This document shows, piece after piece, positions 62,450-64,000 of a stretch of DNA of 64,000 nt (positions are counted from its first letter, which is position 1; every line of letters begins with the position of its first letter). Location: assembly GCF_009914755.1 (NCBI RefSeq), contig NC_060927.1; one strand, 5' to 3'. Origin of the DNA: the human T2T-CHM13v2.0 reference genome, Homo sapiens. The notes under the pieces were generated by a model that saw nothing but the letters and a program-made list of their open reading frames with translations, had not been told where the DNA came from and searched no databases. The position numbers and the translations under genes were made by a program.

Positions 62450-62966
62450 CTGAGAAGGGTTGAAGGGTCTTTGATATTACCCTACTTTTAAACTAACAAG
62501 TAAGCTTGCCACTATTTCTCTCTCTCAACTCCCCACATCCCTACCCCACAGGAATCCTAGACCTCTGGATCAAAGAACCAACCTTTTGTTTACTCACAGA
62601 GCAATCTTAGCGGCAATAGATCTCCATGCTCCAATTCCCTGTGGGACAAGACAGTAAGAGTCAGAGGTTACCAGGATATGTTGTAGGAATTACACCCCAG
62701 GGGAAGAACCACAAAATAAACAGATGCAAAACCTGCATTGGGTACCCCACCTCCTACCCAGAGACGGAGTGAGAGGGAGACATTTTGCTCTGGAATGTAA
62801 ACAAATTATCTCTGAGCATGATAGGGTAGGTGCTCCTACAAACATAAGCAAATAGCAAATGTCTCAGAGTAATGCACAATCTCTAACTTCCAAATCCTGC
62901 TTTCCATTTAATCACTCATTCCTGATCAATCAAAATATTCATGGAGAGTAGGATTGTTTCCAAACA
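62450..62966 (-). mobile_element. ERVL-type solo LTR (LTR40/LTR41-like)
   Basis: gaagggtct...taccctactt...ctaacaagtaagcttgccac and the terminal ttgtttccaaaca resemble the element at 20484-21016. Tentative. Confidence 0.45.
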
Positions 62967-64000
62967 ATGAGAATTTGCTTGGCAGTAGAATGTGAAAGGG
63001 GTTGGTTCACACGCCAGTGAAACCAAAACAAAACAGTTAATAAGCTCTTAGAGGATAGGAATGATTTCTATGTTTTCTTTATTATCATTGTTATAACCTA
63101 GCATTGTTTTAGATGTTGACAATATTGAAATATAGAATACTACACATCAGAAAGGCCACCTTCTATCTTTCATTCAACCCTATTGTAACTTATATTTGGA
63201 ACAAATATGTCTCATAAAATTCAATCAAAAAGCAATTCTACTTTGTTTTCCAATGTTTCTTTAAAATATATTTACTGTGGGATATTTACCCATTATCCCT
63301 GGGTAAAAACTCATGAATTTTGTATGTTTTTTTCCTATTATCTTTAAGCAAAAAACATATTGTTTAATAAAAATGAAAAGAAACTTGAAATTATAAGTGA
63401 CAATTTCAACTGCCTTCTTAGAATATTCAGTTTCCTGTAATGTTTCTAGCTTTACTTAGAGTTATAGCTATTCCTTCTCCTCTCATGTAGAAAAGGCTAT
63501 GCGCAGCCCCGTGGTGTCTAGGAAAGAAAACAGTTGCCTGTTTCTTTCTATGCTCCTCACCTTTTCTGAAATTTATATAAACACTTTCCTATTTCTTTAG
63601 AGTAGGAGCTAGGAATCAGAAGAAAAGTAAGAAAAATGGCATATTTGTTTACTTTACCAGATGGTTTCATAGTTGCTGGGTCTGGTAGATATTTAAAACT
63701 GAATTTATCCTAAATTGCACTTTTTTGTGTTTGTAGGGGTAAGGGGCATTCTTCATAGCTACATCCCTACTGAGGATTTCTTAATTACATCTACAAAGTG
63801 TTCCTCTAAATTAACTGGTAGTTTTACTTCTTCAACGATGCCTAGAAATGTTGATATTGATGTTAGCTTTTGACTGTTGAATAACTACTATGCTTGGTCC
63901 TATTATACAGTTCCTAAGATGAACCCGTGGCTGGGCATTGTGTGTAGCTTAGCTCCAATTGGTGAACACTCATGAATTGATTGACACATGAAGTCATGGG

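Overview
AT-rich, repeat-dense human genomic DNA. A human-specific AluYb8-lineage insertion fixes the species. It looks like intergenic DNA or a large intron, and I recognise no host protein-coding exon. The main structure is a complete ERV1-class provirus on the minus strand (MER57A-like, 21948-34806) with two LTRs, a 4-bp TSD, a tRNA-Leu PBS, a PPT and integrase/env remnants. It was later interrupted by a full-length L1PA4/5 (25219-31347) and a 5'-truncated AluYb8. About 23 kb away, in inverted orientation, a 5'-truncated L1PA3/4 (54683-58390) keeps a 1133-codon open ORF2 frame. The two L1s appear to share several non-consensus substitutions, suggesting gene conversion between inverted repeats and a possible inversion substrate. 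The window also holds a twin-primed L1PB1, several MaLR/ERVL solo LTRs, Alus, DNA-transposon MITEs, L2/MIR relics, microsatellites and a 43-bp tandem repeat. Subfamily names come from remembered consensus motifs and need RepeatMasker/Dfam confirmation.
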